Shown piece after piece: positions 51,484 to 63,100 of a DNA stretch of 64,000 bases. The position numbers and the translations under genes were made by a program. How positions within the stretch are numbered: the stretch's first letter is position 1; each line of letters begins with the position of its first letter. The notes under the pieces were generated by a model. That model had not been told where the DNA came from, did no database searches, and saw only the letters and a program-made list of their open reading frames with translations. This DNA comes from Fistulifera solaris (lineage: Eukaryota), in assembly GCA_030295235.1 (NCBI GenBank), contig AP026153.1, positions 558,001-622,000 of the forward strand, read 5' to 3'.

Positions 51484-53400
51484 CTACAAAGCGATATTCC
51501 AATCCCCTTCGTGATAATTTTTCTCGTTAATTTCAGCCCATTCCATTCTCCACTGGTAAAGACTCACTTGCATGTCTGTCGGAGACTTCCTCTTGTTCCT
51601 CTGTGTGTGGCTCAACGCGTTCAGGATTTTTCTGCTTCTGTTTGAATAAGGCAATTCGTTGCAAAAGAGAAAGATTTTCATTTCTGGATGATGCTGTAGT
51701 GGTACTACTGCCAGTCGTCGAACTTAGGTCTTCATCACAGATGACATGTGATTCCACCGGTTGCTGCTGTTCCACTTTCAATTGCTCCAACAACTCTTCT
51801 TCTCGGCAAACCTGCTCGTTCTGCTCCAAAATAATTTGTGCGACTTGCTCTTGTGTCCATATTCTTTCTCGCTGATTTACAATAGTCAAATAGCGATGTA
51901 ATTCTTGTCCAAACTTGATGTATCCGGAATACTTTTCTCCTTCGATACAAGTTCCTCATAAATCACACGAAGCTGCTGCGCTTGGTCACAGGGACTTCCG
52001 GATCGAATGGATTGTACAGTATTACTAATATTCTTCACTTCCAATACCATTAAAGCAGCTGACATGGCACCACCCGCGAATCGCATCGCCCGTGCTCCTC
52101 GCATTAGGTTCATCGATGTTCGTGTCATCCACCGAGCTCCTTGACTTCCCGCTTGACTGCCCATTTCAGCACTCACCGCCGTACATCGCCCCAAAGATGT
52201 CAATCCAGCAGCACTGAGCATGACACTTTTCTTTTGGTCGAGTGCTTGCTGGAATTCGGGGTCTGAAAAGTGACTGTGGGCGCTTGGATCGTCCTGATAG
52301 AAATCCGACCGCACATGCTCGCGCATCATGGCATCGCGCAGTATACTTGTAATGTGCAAAATATTCCACAACATGCTGTGCAACGCCAGAATGCGTTTGG
52401 CCAGTTGTTGTGGTTCCGAATAATAATGCATCGCATCCGAACCGGTTTGAACCGCCGTGGATCCTCCTCCAAACAAAAGACTCGCCACGAGCAACGGTGG
52501 ACCGACGGGTGTCAAAATAGTCGCTGCCGCCGCAATCCCCAATGCCCCCGATACCATTCCTACACTGGAACTGCCCAAGCCAATTTTGTTTTGGCGTTGC
52601 TTGGACTGCTCCAATTGCTCCGCAACGGTGGGAATGTACTGTGACGAGTACGTCAGTAACAGGACGACTCGATCATAGACATCCAGTAAATGATCCAACG
52701 ATTGTTTTCGCTTGTCGTGTTGTGGTTCTGTCAAAAGTCAATCACAAATTGCAACCCAAACAAGTGTTGACATTCGAGACAGACGGTTACACCTTCTGCG
52801 GAAAAGTCGGGAGAGGCATGCTGTTTACAGACGAGCGTTCCACAAATGAGACAGGGAGGTGATTTCGGTCGCTTCCGTTCACTGTGAATGAACTTGGAAA
52901 TGCGCGGAAAGCGACTTGTCGTTGTTGCTGTTGATGTATCTGTAGATGGGGCTATTTCCTTTTCGTTGTTATCGTTCGTTTCATAGCCATTTTTCTCTTT
53001 TTTCTTCTCCTGCGGTTGGCGCTATTGACGATGTTTCTTTTGTGTCGACACAGTCGTCGGCTACTATTTCTTGCTGCTGCTGCTGCTGCTGCAATTGCAA
53101 CGCCCATTTCGAAAGACGAGGAAAGCGCGCCACATTCGAAGTACCGAATTTCTCGGAAAGTAAACATGTCGTACAACAGGCATCATCATACAATACGCCA
53201 TTCGCATTGCATTGCAATTCCAAATTCAGTTTGCGCATCGTTTCGAGTGCTTCATAAGCGCTGTTGATGCCCTGCGTCGCGTTGGTACGATGGTCGGTGT
53301 TCATGTGATTCGATGATGATGACGATAAGGAAGCAATACCATCGTCATCATCATGATCATGCTGCTCCTGTCGCTGCTGCTGGGCATCGCTTGTCGTCAT
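51484..53400 (-). CDS. Protein with a FYVE-like Cys/His finger and an apolipoprotein-L-like domain; several probable frameshifts
   Basis: CTTC...PCLICGTLVCKQH...VCLEC (read across frameshifts near 53000 and 52735). Then GLGSSSVGMVSGALGIAAAATILTPVGPPLLVASLLFGG and RFAGGAMSAALMVLEV...IRSGSPCDQAQQLR. Confidence 0.55.
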
Positions 53401-53564
53401 TTTCGACTCTTGACTTTGTAAGGGTAAAAACAAGTGGCTACGTGACGAGATTAAATTGCTTGCCTGCTTTGAAAACGAAGGAATGAATGATCATGCTCTT
53501 ATCTTACTCGTTGGCTCTTGTGGCTTCCGAATGAATGGAAAATAAATATTGCGCTCATCGCTCA

Positions 53565-53875
53565 TCCTGACCATCATGTTTTACTATGATCCAAACAGTT
53601 GGTTATACTAGTCCACGACTGGAGACTGCATCAATCCTTTTGTATGTAGAGCCTGCAGCGCGCATTTTTTGCCTTTTTCGCGTTTGATTATCGTCTCATT
53701 ACAATAAAAGATCTAAAGCTAGATCTAATTATGCTCTCACCTTGGAATTTCGCGCAATTCCGGATGCTGACCTTCATGTTTTTACTATCATCCAAACAGT
53801 TGGTTGTACCAATCCACGGCTGGATTTCAGTCATGAGTCTGCATCAATCCTTTTGTACATGCAGCCTGCAGCGCG
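53565..53875. repeat. Direct duplication (~200-bp period) with a third partial copy at ~55100-55155
   Basis: CATGTTTT(T)ACTAT(G/C)ATCCAAACAGTTGGTT at ~53576, ~53775 and ~55107. Confidence 0.8.
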
Positions 53876-54399
53876 AGAATGTTCCCCGCAGGCGGCTAGT
53901 ACAAAATAATCTGAGCGGTGGACCGGGCCATGCTGTACCTCAAAATGCACTATCGTTCCAAATGTAGGCGGAAGGCGATCTTTGTGACTGAATCTCAGTC
54001 ACGATACTAAGAACGATGTTCGTACGTAAGGTCCGCATAGTGTGTTCCACAACTCTTTTGACATCGCTTTGTTGCTTCACATACTGTGGAAGGCTATTTA
54101 CGTTGCCAATAAGCGTTGTATTCGGACCGATGTCGAAGAAACTTATCCAAGAGCTAGTCGATGAAGATTTACTATGCTGCAACTTGTAGATTACTTTTTG
54201 CACGACTGGATGTCAGTCACGAGACAAAATGAGCCTCAGAGCAGCCGCAGATGCAGCAACAAAAAAAAAAAAAAAAAAAAAAACAACACAAAGTACAGCC
54301 TTTAATTTACTGGATCCATTGAAGCAAGAAATGACCAAACAATCCATTCAAACAGTATCAGTCGAACCATCGGCGCTGTTGTGTATCACGCAACACTCG

Positions 54400-55082
54400 G
54401 CCGAATTTCTGTATAACGCGAAACACCGATTCCAGAATTTCTGGAAATAGCACTTTCTTTCGTTATGATCAAAACACAGTTTTCAGAGAATCTGGAACGT
54501 AAAAGGCTTTCGTCGTCGGGGGGTTGGGAGTTCGAGTCGGGCGAAAGAAACTGATATCGAATCCTCCCTCGCCACCACCATCACACGTGGCAAATGTGGT
54601 GTTCTGCTTTAATTTCCGCCGTTTACACAACGCTTCTACTGGGTTGAGGATCTGCTTTCTGCTGGGAGATGGGCGTTCGGATTCCGTAGTAATGTAGTAT
54701 AATCAATTTAGTAGTAAAGAGGCTAGATGGGTCTATGTTGTCAGATTGCAGACGTCCCCGTCAGGGTTGATATCTCTGGTCTGGCATCGCCCGTTGGAGC
54801 CAGGTTGACACACACTCCGGTAGGATCCCAAACACCGTTTCCGGAATTTTGGAACTTGCACAGCATTTCGGTACAGGTAGAATCGAAACAACGGGTCCAG
54901 AATTTTTGAATCTCCACAGAATTTCTGTAAAGCACAGCATTCCGGTAGGATCCCAAACACCGTCTCCAGAAATTTCGGAACGTGCGCAGCATTTCGGTAG
55001 GATCGAAAGAACTGGTCCAGAATTTCTGGACCACCACAGAATTTCTGCTTTACGCGAAACACCTATTCCAGAATTTCTGCCG
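54400..55082. repeat. CAGAATTTCTG palindrome arrays split by a ~310-bp unrelated segment
   Basis: TTCCAGAATTTCTGGAA, GGTCCAGAATTTCTGGACC and CACAGAATTTCTG; ~125-bp internal duplication at 54815-55050. Confidence 0.8.
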
Positions 55083-55230
55083 AATATGTCTTCGAGCCCT
55101 GACCTTCATGTTTTTACTATGATCCAAACAGTTGGTTGTATAAATCCAAGACATACTTATTTTTTTTTCTTCGTTTTTTCGATACAACCCGCAATCATTC
55201 ATTTCATTTCGTAGTCTAACAATACTTCTT

Positions 55231-56907
55231 ATGATGAAACGTCGCCGTATTCATCAAAGACTTCTCGTCTTCGTTATATTTTGCTGTTGTGCTGTTATGC
55301 ATCATGCCTTTCTTTTGCAGAGGCTATCACAACAAGATCCACAAAGCAGTCTTTTGTGGAGACAAACGCCGATCACAGCGACAGCCGATCAAGGAAACGA
55401 TACTTTGATTATGAACTCGTTTCTTACAGAATTACAAGCCTCAATTCAACAGCAGACGTTCTCTTCCATTACACTCTATGGACCATCCAAGGCGACTTTA
55501 AAAAAGATTGCCGATACCGAGCAAACGCGTGGTTGTTTGATTCGTATCACCGGCCGTCTGATTCAAAGCAAAAACAGTAATAAAAACGGCAACAAAAAGA
55601 CCACTCGTCCTTCGACTCAATTGCAAGTCACTTACAAGTACCATTTGGCGACCGACATTGTCAAGAATTGGTCTTTATCGAGTGTGTCACAGTCAATTCA
55701 ATCGTTATTGCTATGGACGACTTTTACGTCAAAAAGTGACAGCAACAACAATTCTCTTCTTCTCGACTCTAGTGTTGTCATTCCTTCGGAATGGGGGAAT
55801 CCGACACCACAACAATCGCAACTCGGATTACATACCGCCACGTTGGAAACCACAACCGCACGATATCAATTGGATTTGCGATCCAAAACGCTATCGCGTC
55901 ACGAAATAAGCAGCACTGCTACAACTCACACTCCACAACCACACGATCGCTCCAAAGCCGTTCCTGTGTCTTCCGAGGCACCCATGTGGCAAGCTTTGGG
56001 TATATTGAATGAGCAAGGCAAACCTCGTCTCAACATGGCTTCCAAATACAAACAATGTCAAACTTTTGTCCAATTGTTGGCACAGCGGATCCCGTTCGGG
56101 TCCGAAACGCCCTCCGAAAAGCCAAACAAGATTACCGTCACGGATATGGGTTGTGGAAGAGGTTATTTGACATTCGCCTTGCATCATTACTTGTCCGAAC
56201 AGCAACAAAAACACGACAATTCATTTACGGTGCATTCGATCGGAATGGATGTTCGACCCAAGTTAGTACAAGAAATACAAGGCATTGCGGATCGGTTGGG
56301 ACCACCGTTTGATACGTTGCAGTTTATGACGAGTACGATTGAAGAGTACACCTCCACCCTGCGAACACCGGATGAGGACCAGGGTGACGACTATCAGATT
56401 TTGATGGCGTTACACGCGTGTGATACCGCCACCGACGATGCCTTGTTTGCAGGAATCCAACAAGAAATGGATTTATTGGTAGTCGCACCCTGTTGTCATC
56501 GGCAAATTCGACCTCAATTGGACGCCTTTCATGTCCAACAAAAGCAACAACACGCTCTGTCGGATGTGTGGCAATACAATATTTATCGGGAACGACACGC
56601 GGAAAGTGTGACGGATACTTTGCGGGCTTTGTTGTTGGAATGGGCCGGCTATCAAGTACAAGTCTTTGAATTCGTTGGTGGTGAACATACGAGCAAGAAT
56701 GTCATGATTACGGCCGTACGGACTGCTGCGGCTAGAAGAAGGAAGAAGGATGATGATGAGTTGGAGCAACGCATTCAATCTTTGGCCGCGTTTCATGGAA
56801 TTCATCAACACGCACTGGCGCAGCATTTGGGCTTTGCGTTAATACCTGGAAAAGACGTTAGCAAGGAGACGGCGAAGAAACGATCGAAATATGGATTTCC
56901 GCAATGA
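55231..56907 (+). CDS. Class I SAM-dependent methyltransferase (Methyltransf_32-like) with N-terminal signal/transit peptide
   Basis: VTDMGCGRGYLTFAL, ALHACDTATDDAL, APCCH, TDTLRALLLE, EFVGGEHTSKNVMI. Confidence 0.85.
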   Translation: MMKRRRIHQRLLVFVIFCCCAVMHHAFLLQRLSQQDPQSSLLWRQTPITATADQGNDTLIMNSFLTELQASIQQQTFSSITLYGPSKATLKKIADTEQTRGCLIRITGRLIQSKNSNKNGNKKTTRPSTQLQVTYKYHLATDIVKNWSLSSVSQSIQSLLLWTTFTSKSDSNNNSLLLDSSVVIPSEWGNPTPQQSQLGLHTATLETTTARYQLDLRSKTLSRHEISSTATTHTPQPHDRSKAVPVSSEAPMWQALGILNEQGKPRLNMASKYKQCQTFVQLLAQRIPFGSETPSEKPNKITVTDMGCGRGYLTFALHHYLSEQQQKHDNSFTVHSIGMDVRPKLVQEIQGIADRLGPPFDTLQFMTSTIEEYTSTLRTPDEDQGDDYQILMALHACDTATDDALFAGIQQEMDLLVVAPCCHRQIRPQLDAFHVQQKQQHALSDVWQYNIYRERHAESVTDTLRALLLEWAGYQVQVFEFVGGEHTSKNVMITAVRTAAARRRKKDDDELEQRIQSLAAFHGIHQHALAQHLGFALIPGKDVSKETAKKRSKYGFPQ

Positions 56908-57089
56908 AACGCGAGTTGTAGCAAGAATCCTAACGCATCTAATAGTATTGTATTTTCACGAATTCTTGCTCAATATTTATCGATAAGTTACGCACAATAA
57001 GTTGCTTCTCAATCATGACGAAAACAATGTGGTTGACTTTCTTCTCTTCCTCTGTGAAAAGATCTTATTATTGTTGACGCTCTCTTCCT

Positions 57090-57532
57090 CTATTGCTCGA
57101 CAACAACTGGGGCAAAGTACTGCGGAAACTTGGCTTGCACCATCAACATGCGATTGTATGTCTCCAAATCTGTGTCGGTCGATAATTCTCGAGTCACAAA
57201 CAGCTGAAAGTTGAAAGGTAGAATGTAAGAAAGTGAGCGGAAGGAAATGAAAGCACATAGTAGTCGTACTATATTCATTTTATACGCACCGCAACTTCTT
57301 GAGGACTATTGACTTGCCCAATGACTTCAACCACCATTTCCGAAGACAAATCAATCGGCAATTCACCATGTTCCGTCGACAAATGAATCATTCCTCCGTC
57401 CGCGCATTGCATTTGTACTACACTACCGACCGGACTCGCAATCTTCCCGACAACACTCACAATCATGTCAACGTGTTGACCGAGTGTCGCCGCGTTGACG
57501 CGGGGATAATAGCCGTCTGGTTGTGCTGCCAT
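57090..57532 (-). CDS. RPA3: Replication protein A 14-kDa subunit; intron 57204-57289
   Basis: PRVNAATL..HV...VSVVGK, VEVIG; spliced exon 2 LFVTRELSTDTDLETYNRML...FPQYF. Confidence 0.85.
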
Positions 57533-58181
57533 GTTTGCTGTTACTGTGCTGTTGTAACTTATTTAGGATGTAATAAACGCCGTTCAAATCAATTTTGAGA
57601 AGAAGTGAATGAATGCCGCACAGTGAGGTAGGCGCCCGTCATTTATTTTTTTGCCACCAAGAAAGAAAAAGGCGCCAAAGGAGGCGGTGCCGAGGCACTT
57701 AAACATAAACCGTATTTTGTGTTTTCACTAATGCAAATGAAAACCATTTCGCCAGCATGACTCCATTTATTAGTAGGCTTGTGAATGTTGACACAAGAGG
57801 AAGGCTTAGCTCTCTACCCAGTAACCTCAATCGACATATAATAATTGATTAATATGAATAATCAACATCCAATCCCGATGACTGTACTCTAGTGCTTAAA
57901 TGGGCCGGAACAGTATTGCGATACGCTATGTTACTATGGTGCTGGCAAGAGTCACGACTGTAGTAGGGTGATTGGATTCTTCACAAACAATAGTAACCTC
58001 CCACACTGCATCGCACATCGCACCGTTCCGACTCAAGATATTAGCAATGCGTTTTTGTTCCGTCAAAAAAGTCCACGATGATTTTTCAATTTCATGACCA
58101 GCCGATGCATAAGTCGAGTCTTCAGCCCAGCAGTACCTTCTTTACAGTACATCGTAGCTCGACAAATGAGTTTTTTCATCA

Positions 58182-59113
58182 CTAGTTCTCTGTACATGTC
58201 AAATCGACGCGGATTAGGTCAACGGCAATGTCCCGTGATTTATCTTTGTGAAACTTGTACACTTGTGGCAAATCAAATTGCATCTCCGCTACCACATGGA
58301 AGGAATATCCCCACGCCGTCACTTGTTGTTGCAAAAACGCTCTCGTCGATGTCTTGTGAAACGAATATACCGTCCGTCGAGCCAAACGACAAGCCGTACG
58401 TAAAAATCTCAAATCCATACCCGCATTTTGTTTCGTCCCAAAGGGTGGATTGGTTAATACAGTATCGACGCAATTCGAACGGAGAAGGACGCCGTCTTCG
58501 TCCTCAGCAATCAGTTGTCGTGTTTCCAGTGTCGATGCTTGAATCGTATTCGTTTTCGGTGGTGGGCGACGTTTATTGTTGCTTTTGTTGCTAACCTTTG
58601 TTGTTGACGAAGTAACTGACGCCACTTGCGCATGAATCCACTCGACCGCCGTCTCCAATTCCATGTCTTCAAAATTTTCTTTCGCTAATTGCAAGGCATC
58701 GGGATCGCAATCTAACGCCAACACAAGATCCGTCTCGACAAGAGCACAGCCCAGTGTCAACATGCCCGTACCACAGCCCAAATCCAAAGCGGTCGTTCCT
58801 GGACCCAAATCGCCGCGCTCCAAAGCCACCAGTATCACCGACGCCGTCAGCGAAGGACTGGTCGGATATTGTTCGAGTGTTATCTTCAATAATACAGGGA
58901 ACGAACAGCACGCATGAGGAAACACGTTGTACCGTTATCATAAAAAAACGACTTTTCATTAAACGAAACGAATCAAAAGAAGCGTATAAAATGATAATGA
59001 TTATTGCTATCGAACATGGAATACATTTGCGGGTCGCTGCACTTGCTTACCTTGGGATCCGGAAATTCTCGCTGAATGCTTGACAGCGCGGACTCTAAAT
59101 GTTTGCGCTTCAT
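58182..59113 (-). CDS. METTL5: METTL5-like N6-adenine methyltransferase; intron 58884-59050
   Basis: Exon 1 MKRKHLESALSSIQREFPDPK splices to ITLEQYPT; DLGCGTGML, NPPFGTK, YSFHKTSTR, YKFHK..S.DIAVD. Confidence 0.92.
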
Positions 59114-59439
59114 TTGTTATTCAAAATTATACAAATAAATATACTCAACTGTTGCATTTGTTGTTATTATGCTCGTCACTTCTCACAGTCTTCGTTCAGC
59201 TCGGAAAAAAATTCGTTTAAGGATCGATAGCGCGCCTCTTTGTGATTGATTCACCACTATTGGCCCTAATGTAGATTACTTTTCACCACGAGTGCATTTT
59301 GGTCATGAGTCAGAGTTCATCATCCATTTTTTGGGTATAATTGGATCGATATGCCAAGCTACCATAAACCCACATCGCTCCTTGGTCATAATCGATAATA
59401 TTCACAGCCCATCTGCAATCTAAATGTTGAAAATAAGCA

Positions 59440-60030
59440 AAGATACAACGCCTCCAAAGTCTACGTCATTTCAGGTAGACGCCGTAGGAATTTTACCGAT
59501 GTAGGTAGCACCCGGACCTTTTGTAGAGATTCGACCTCATCCATTCAATGGTCCAACAGCGGCGAATATCAGTAGAACACTCATCCATATACCCGCCTTA
59601 ACACCATTAGCGAGAAGCGACATTCGTTGGAACGCCAAAACATGAAAACGACAACCGATGCATTGTTACGAATGTCTACGTGAATACCACGTAGGCCTCC
59701 CTAATGGGAAATTTATCGACAGAGGCAAACCCGGATATTGTTCAATTCGACATCGTCCATTTTTCGAGTATCTTTGACTGCAATGTTATAATACCCTGAC
59801 ATAACATCAACCATTTACACTTAGTAAGCAATGGTTACAATCGGTTTAAACACCAAAGGTAGCAAAATAGCGATTACCTCGCTTTGAATGTCTGCGGCAA
59901 AGTCACGTAGGCCTCGTAGGAATTTTATCGATGCACCAGTCCTCAACAAAGCTTCATTTAGATTGTATGCAAGAACCGACATGAATGAAAGACCTAACAA
60001 GAAAACGACAACAATGCACTGTTGCAAATG
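59440..60030. repeat. Second locus of the 34.3-35.0 kb repeat family
   Basis: GATGCATTGTTACGA.TGTCTACG...CACGTAGGC...GGGAAATTTATCGACAGAGG...CCCGGATATTGTTCAATTCGACATC is shared with 34280-34380. Confidence 0.85.
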
Positions 60031-60183
60031 TGTAATTTTCGATCGTTCTCTAGATTGTGTGCTACATATGTATTTACCTTCTTGCCCCTGTTATAAGCTC
60101 ATTTGCGAGCTTGCCTTAAGGGCAGGAAAATCAATTTTAAATCCGTGACGGTGTGTCAAAAGTTGTTGGCATCCGTAGGAAGA

Positions 60184-63100
60184 CTAAACGTCCTTCACAC
60201 TTACGGTCGAGTAAAATCGTTTCATGGAGTCACTCAACCGACGTAGACTTTCCGAATTCATTTCACGTTCCGATTGCAAGCGATCAATGGCTTCGGCTCG
60301 CTTGATTTCGGACCGTTCCAGCGCGGCAGCCAGCGACACGATTTGCTGACGTAAGGCCTTGACATCATCACTGGTGCTATCTGTGGCATCATTTAAAGTC
60401 TGCGCAATCGATTTGTCTTTCGACAAGGACTCGAGTTGCGTAATTTCCTTTAAAAGGCGATCCACTTCTGCTTCCTTCGCCGCTAAACGGGCACTTGTCG
60501 TTTCCAACGACCGCTCCAAAGACTCAACTTGTTCCCTTAGGTCAGGAACATTCTGGGCAGCTGCCAAGTTACCATTTACGCGTTCCAATTCACGTTCGAT
60601 CATTTCGTATTTTTGCTCCCATTCCGTGACGCGATTGATCGCTTGATTCAAGGCTTGGCGCTTTTGAGACATTTCGTTCTCTAGCTGTTGGTGTGCAGTC
60701 GAATCGACCATTCCCTCTAGCTTCTTTTTCGTCGCCATCAATTCCTGGTGCTTGTATGCCAGAAGGCGTTCTTTTTCCATCAGCGCGGACTCCAATTCTA
60801 GTAGGCGATGTTCAATGTCGCCCGTATTCGAATCTTGTGCTATAGTACTACGTAACCGCTCTTGAAGTAGTTGCGTCTCCCCTTCCAAATGGTTGCGCGC
60901 CTCGGTCGCTTGTTCACACTGGGCATGTAGATCTTCAATTTGACCGAGCAATTGCAAGTTTTCAAGTCGCAGCTGTTCATCGATACCAGCATTCGACTGC
61001 AGGACGGTCAGTTGTTCCGAGAGCGAATCTCTCTCTTTAGCAGCGCATTCCAACTGAAAGATCAAAGATTCCTTTTCTCTCACAAGGTCATTAAATGATA
61101 CTGACGCCGCTTGAAGTTCCCGATGCAAGTGTTCAATTCCTTCCGCCTCTTCGTTATCCACGGCAGTGTTTGAACTTGAACCTCGAATGGACTCCATCTC
61201 AGATTGAAGCGTAAAAGCTGATCTTCGGTTCCGTCCAATTGCTCTTTGATCAAGGCAAATTGTACCAGCAACTCTTCATTTTCTTCGGTGAGAGCATCTC
61301 TGTCATGGATAGCTTGTGTTAAACGACGTTGGCATTCATCGAGCGTAGCATCAGTCTCCACAATTCGCTTAGCTAATTCATCACGCTCGGATTTGAAAGC
61401 GTCTCTTTCGCTAGAAGCGACTGACAATCGATTCCGTGTTTCGCCAAGTTCTGTCTGTAGCGCATCTAAACGATTTTGCTGTTCATGTTTGGCGTGATCC
61501 ATTTTCTTCAGCGTCTTTCCGAGTTCGGCTAAATGGTGTGTAGTCGTGTCTTTTTGTTTCTGTAAATTCTCTTTCTCATCAGAAATACGCTTGATATCTC
61601 TGCTTAACAATTCAATCTGATTTTCAAGGTTATCACACTTGACTTTCTCCTGTGCGGAAATCATTCTGAGCGACTCAACCTCGGCTTGCAGTGCTTTATT
61701 TTCCGTTTGTAGTTGCAGCAGGCTGTCATGCAGCTCTGAGCTTTGTAGAGTTGCGACTTCCAAGGCATTGTTCAAATCTATAATCTCGTTGTCCTTTTTC
61801 ATGATTTTTTCTTTCAGAAGCAATATTTCATTTCTGAGCGATTCGAGCTCCTCTTTTGCTTCGATTTCCGCGGCCTTCGAGTGTTCTCCATTCGTTTCAA
61901 CAAAATCTTGCAGAGATCTCAGAGCTATATTGTTAGAAGCCAGTGTTTCCTGCAAGCGGTCGCGTTCCTCGGATAAGGTAGTGAGCTCTTTAGCGAGGAA
62001 CTCGGCCTTTTCTTCGTACTGCTTCAGTTCAGCAACTTGTTCTAAAAGCGCGAATCTTTCCTCGTCTCTGGCAGCGACTACATTCTCAAGTGCACGACAC
62101 TCTGCGGTTCTCTGTTCCACAAAAATTCTTTGTTGTTGCAGCTCGTGTTCATGAAGTCTCTGTTGCTCGTTCAACTGCATTGATAATTCATCTCGTATAT
62201 GGCGTAGTTCTTGAAATTCGGCATCGCGAGCTTGTTCCCTACGTCGTGATTCAGCTTTGAATTCTTCCATCATCAGTGCAGATGTTCTAGCTTCTTCTTG
62301 CTGCGCCTCTTGCACGTTTCGAAGATCCTTTTGTAATGTTTCGCATTCTGCTTCTTTCACCGTCAACCGATCTAAGACAATAGCATCGTGTCTCATCTGT
62401 TCATTGGCCGTTTCTAGTTCTGTCTGCAGCCCAAGGTTCTGTTCAGATAAGTTTGAGCACATCCCCTCGAGCTCTGTGATACGATTTTGGAGCCTTCGGA
62501 TTTCACTCTCTAAATGTATTGTCGTGTCAGAACCAATGGAAAGAAATGCACGGTCATCCGTCCCATGATTGGAATCATTTGGCGATGAACCATTTTGTAC
62601 TGTTATTGAAGGAAAGATAGGACCAGGTCTTTGTGGTAACGACATTTCAAAGCCCCCCCTTCTATGAGGCGTCGACGGTGGAGTATCAGCATCAGCAAAC
62701 GACTTGCTCGTCCCGTCATGTTCTCCGTGTAGATTCAAATTATCCGATGGCTCTTCATTCACGACAGGAGTGGAATATGTGTCGTTCGTAATGGATGCAT
62801 CAAATCGGACCGACATGCGCTCCTGGTCGGAAGCTATGGATTGACTAGAACTGCGTAAAGCTCCTCGAAGGAATGCATTCGATGCAAGAGCAGCTTTATC
62901 AGACATACAAGCCTCCGACCCGTCGAAATCAATTTCATCTTCCCAACCGTCTCCGTCGTCACAGCTTCCATTCTCCGATACAGTGGCTAGCGCGTCAACT
63001 GTCGAACCTCCTCGAGAAGGTGCGGAGGAAACCCCCGATGTTGGAAGATGATCAACTACTGGACCGTACTTGCTATCGTCCTCCTCATCATCCTCTGATA

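Noticed and set aside
54261..54283. A23 tract as a retroposon tail
   Set aside because: No polyadenylation signal or convincing TSD found; only CAAC on both sides.
54500..54580. tRNA-like GTTCGAGTC / TCGAATCC...CCACCA
   Set aside because: I could not build a cloverleaf with acceptor, D and anticodon arms; only an imperfect hairpin.
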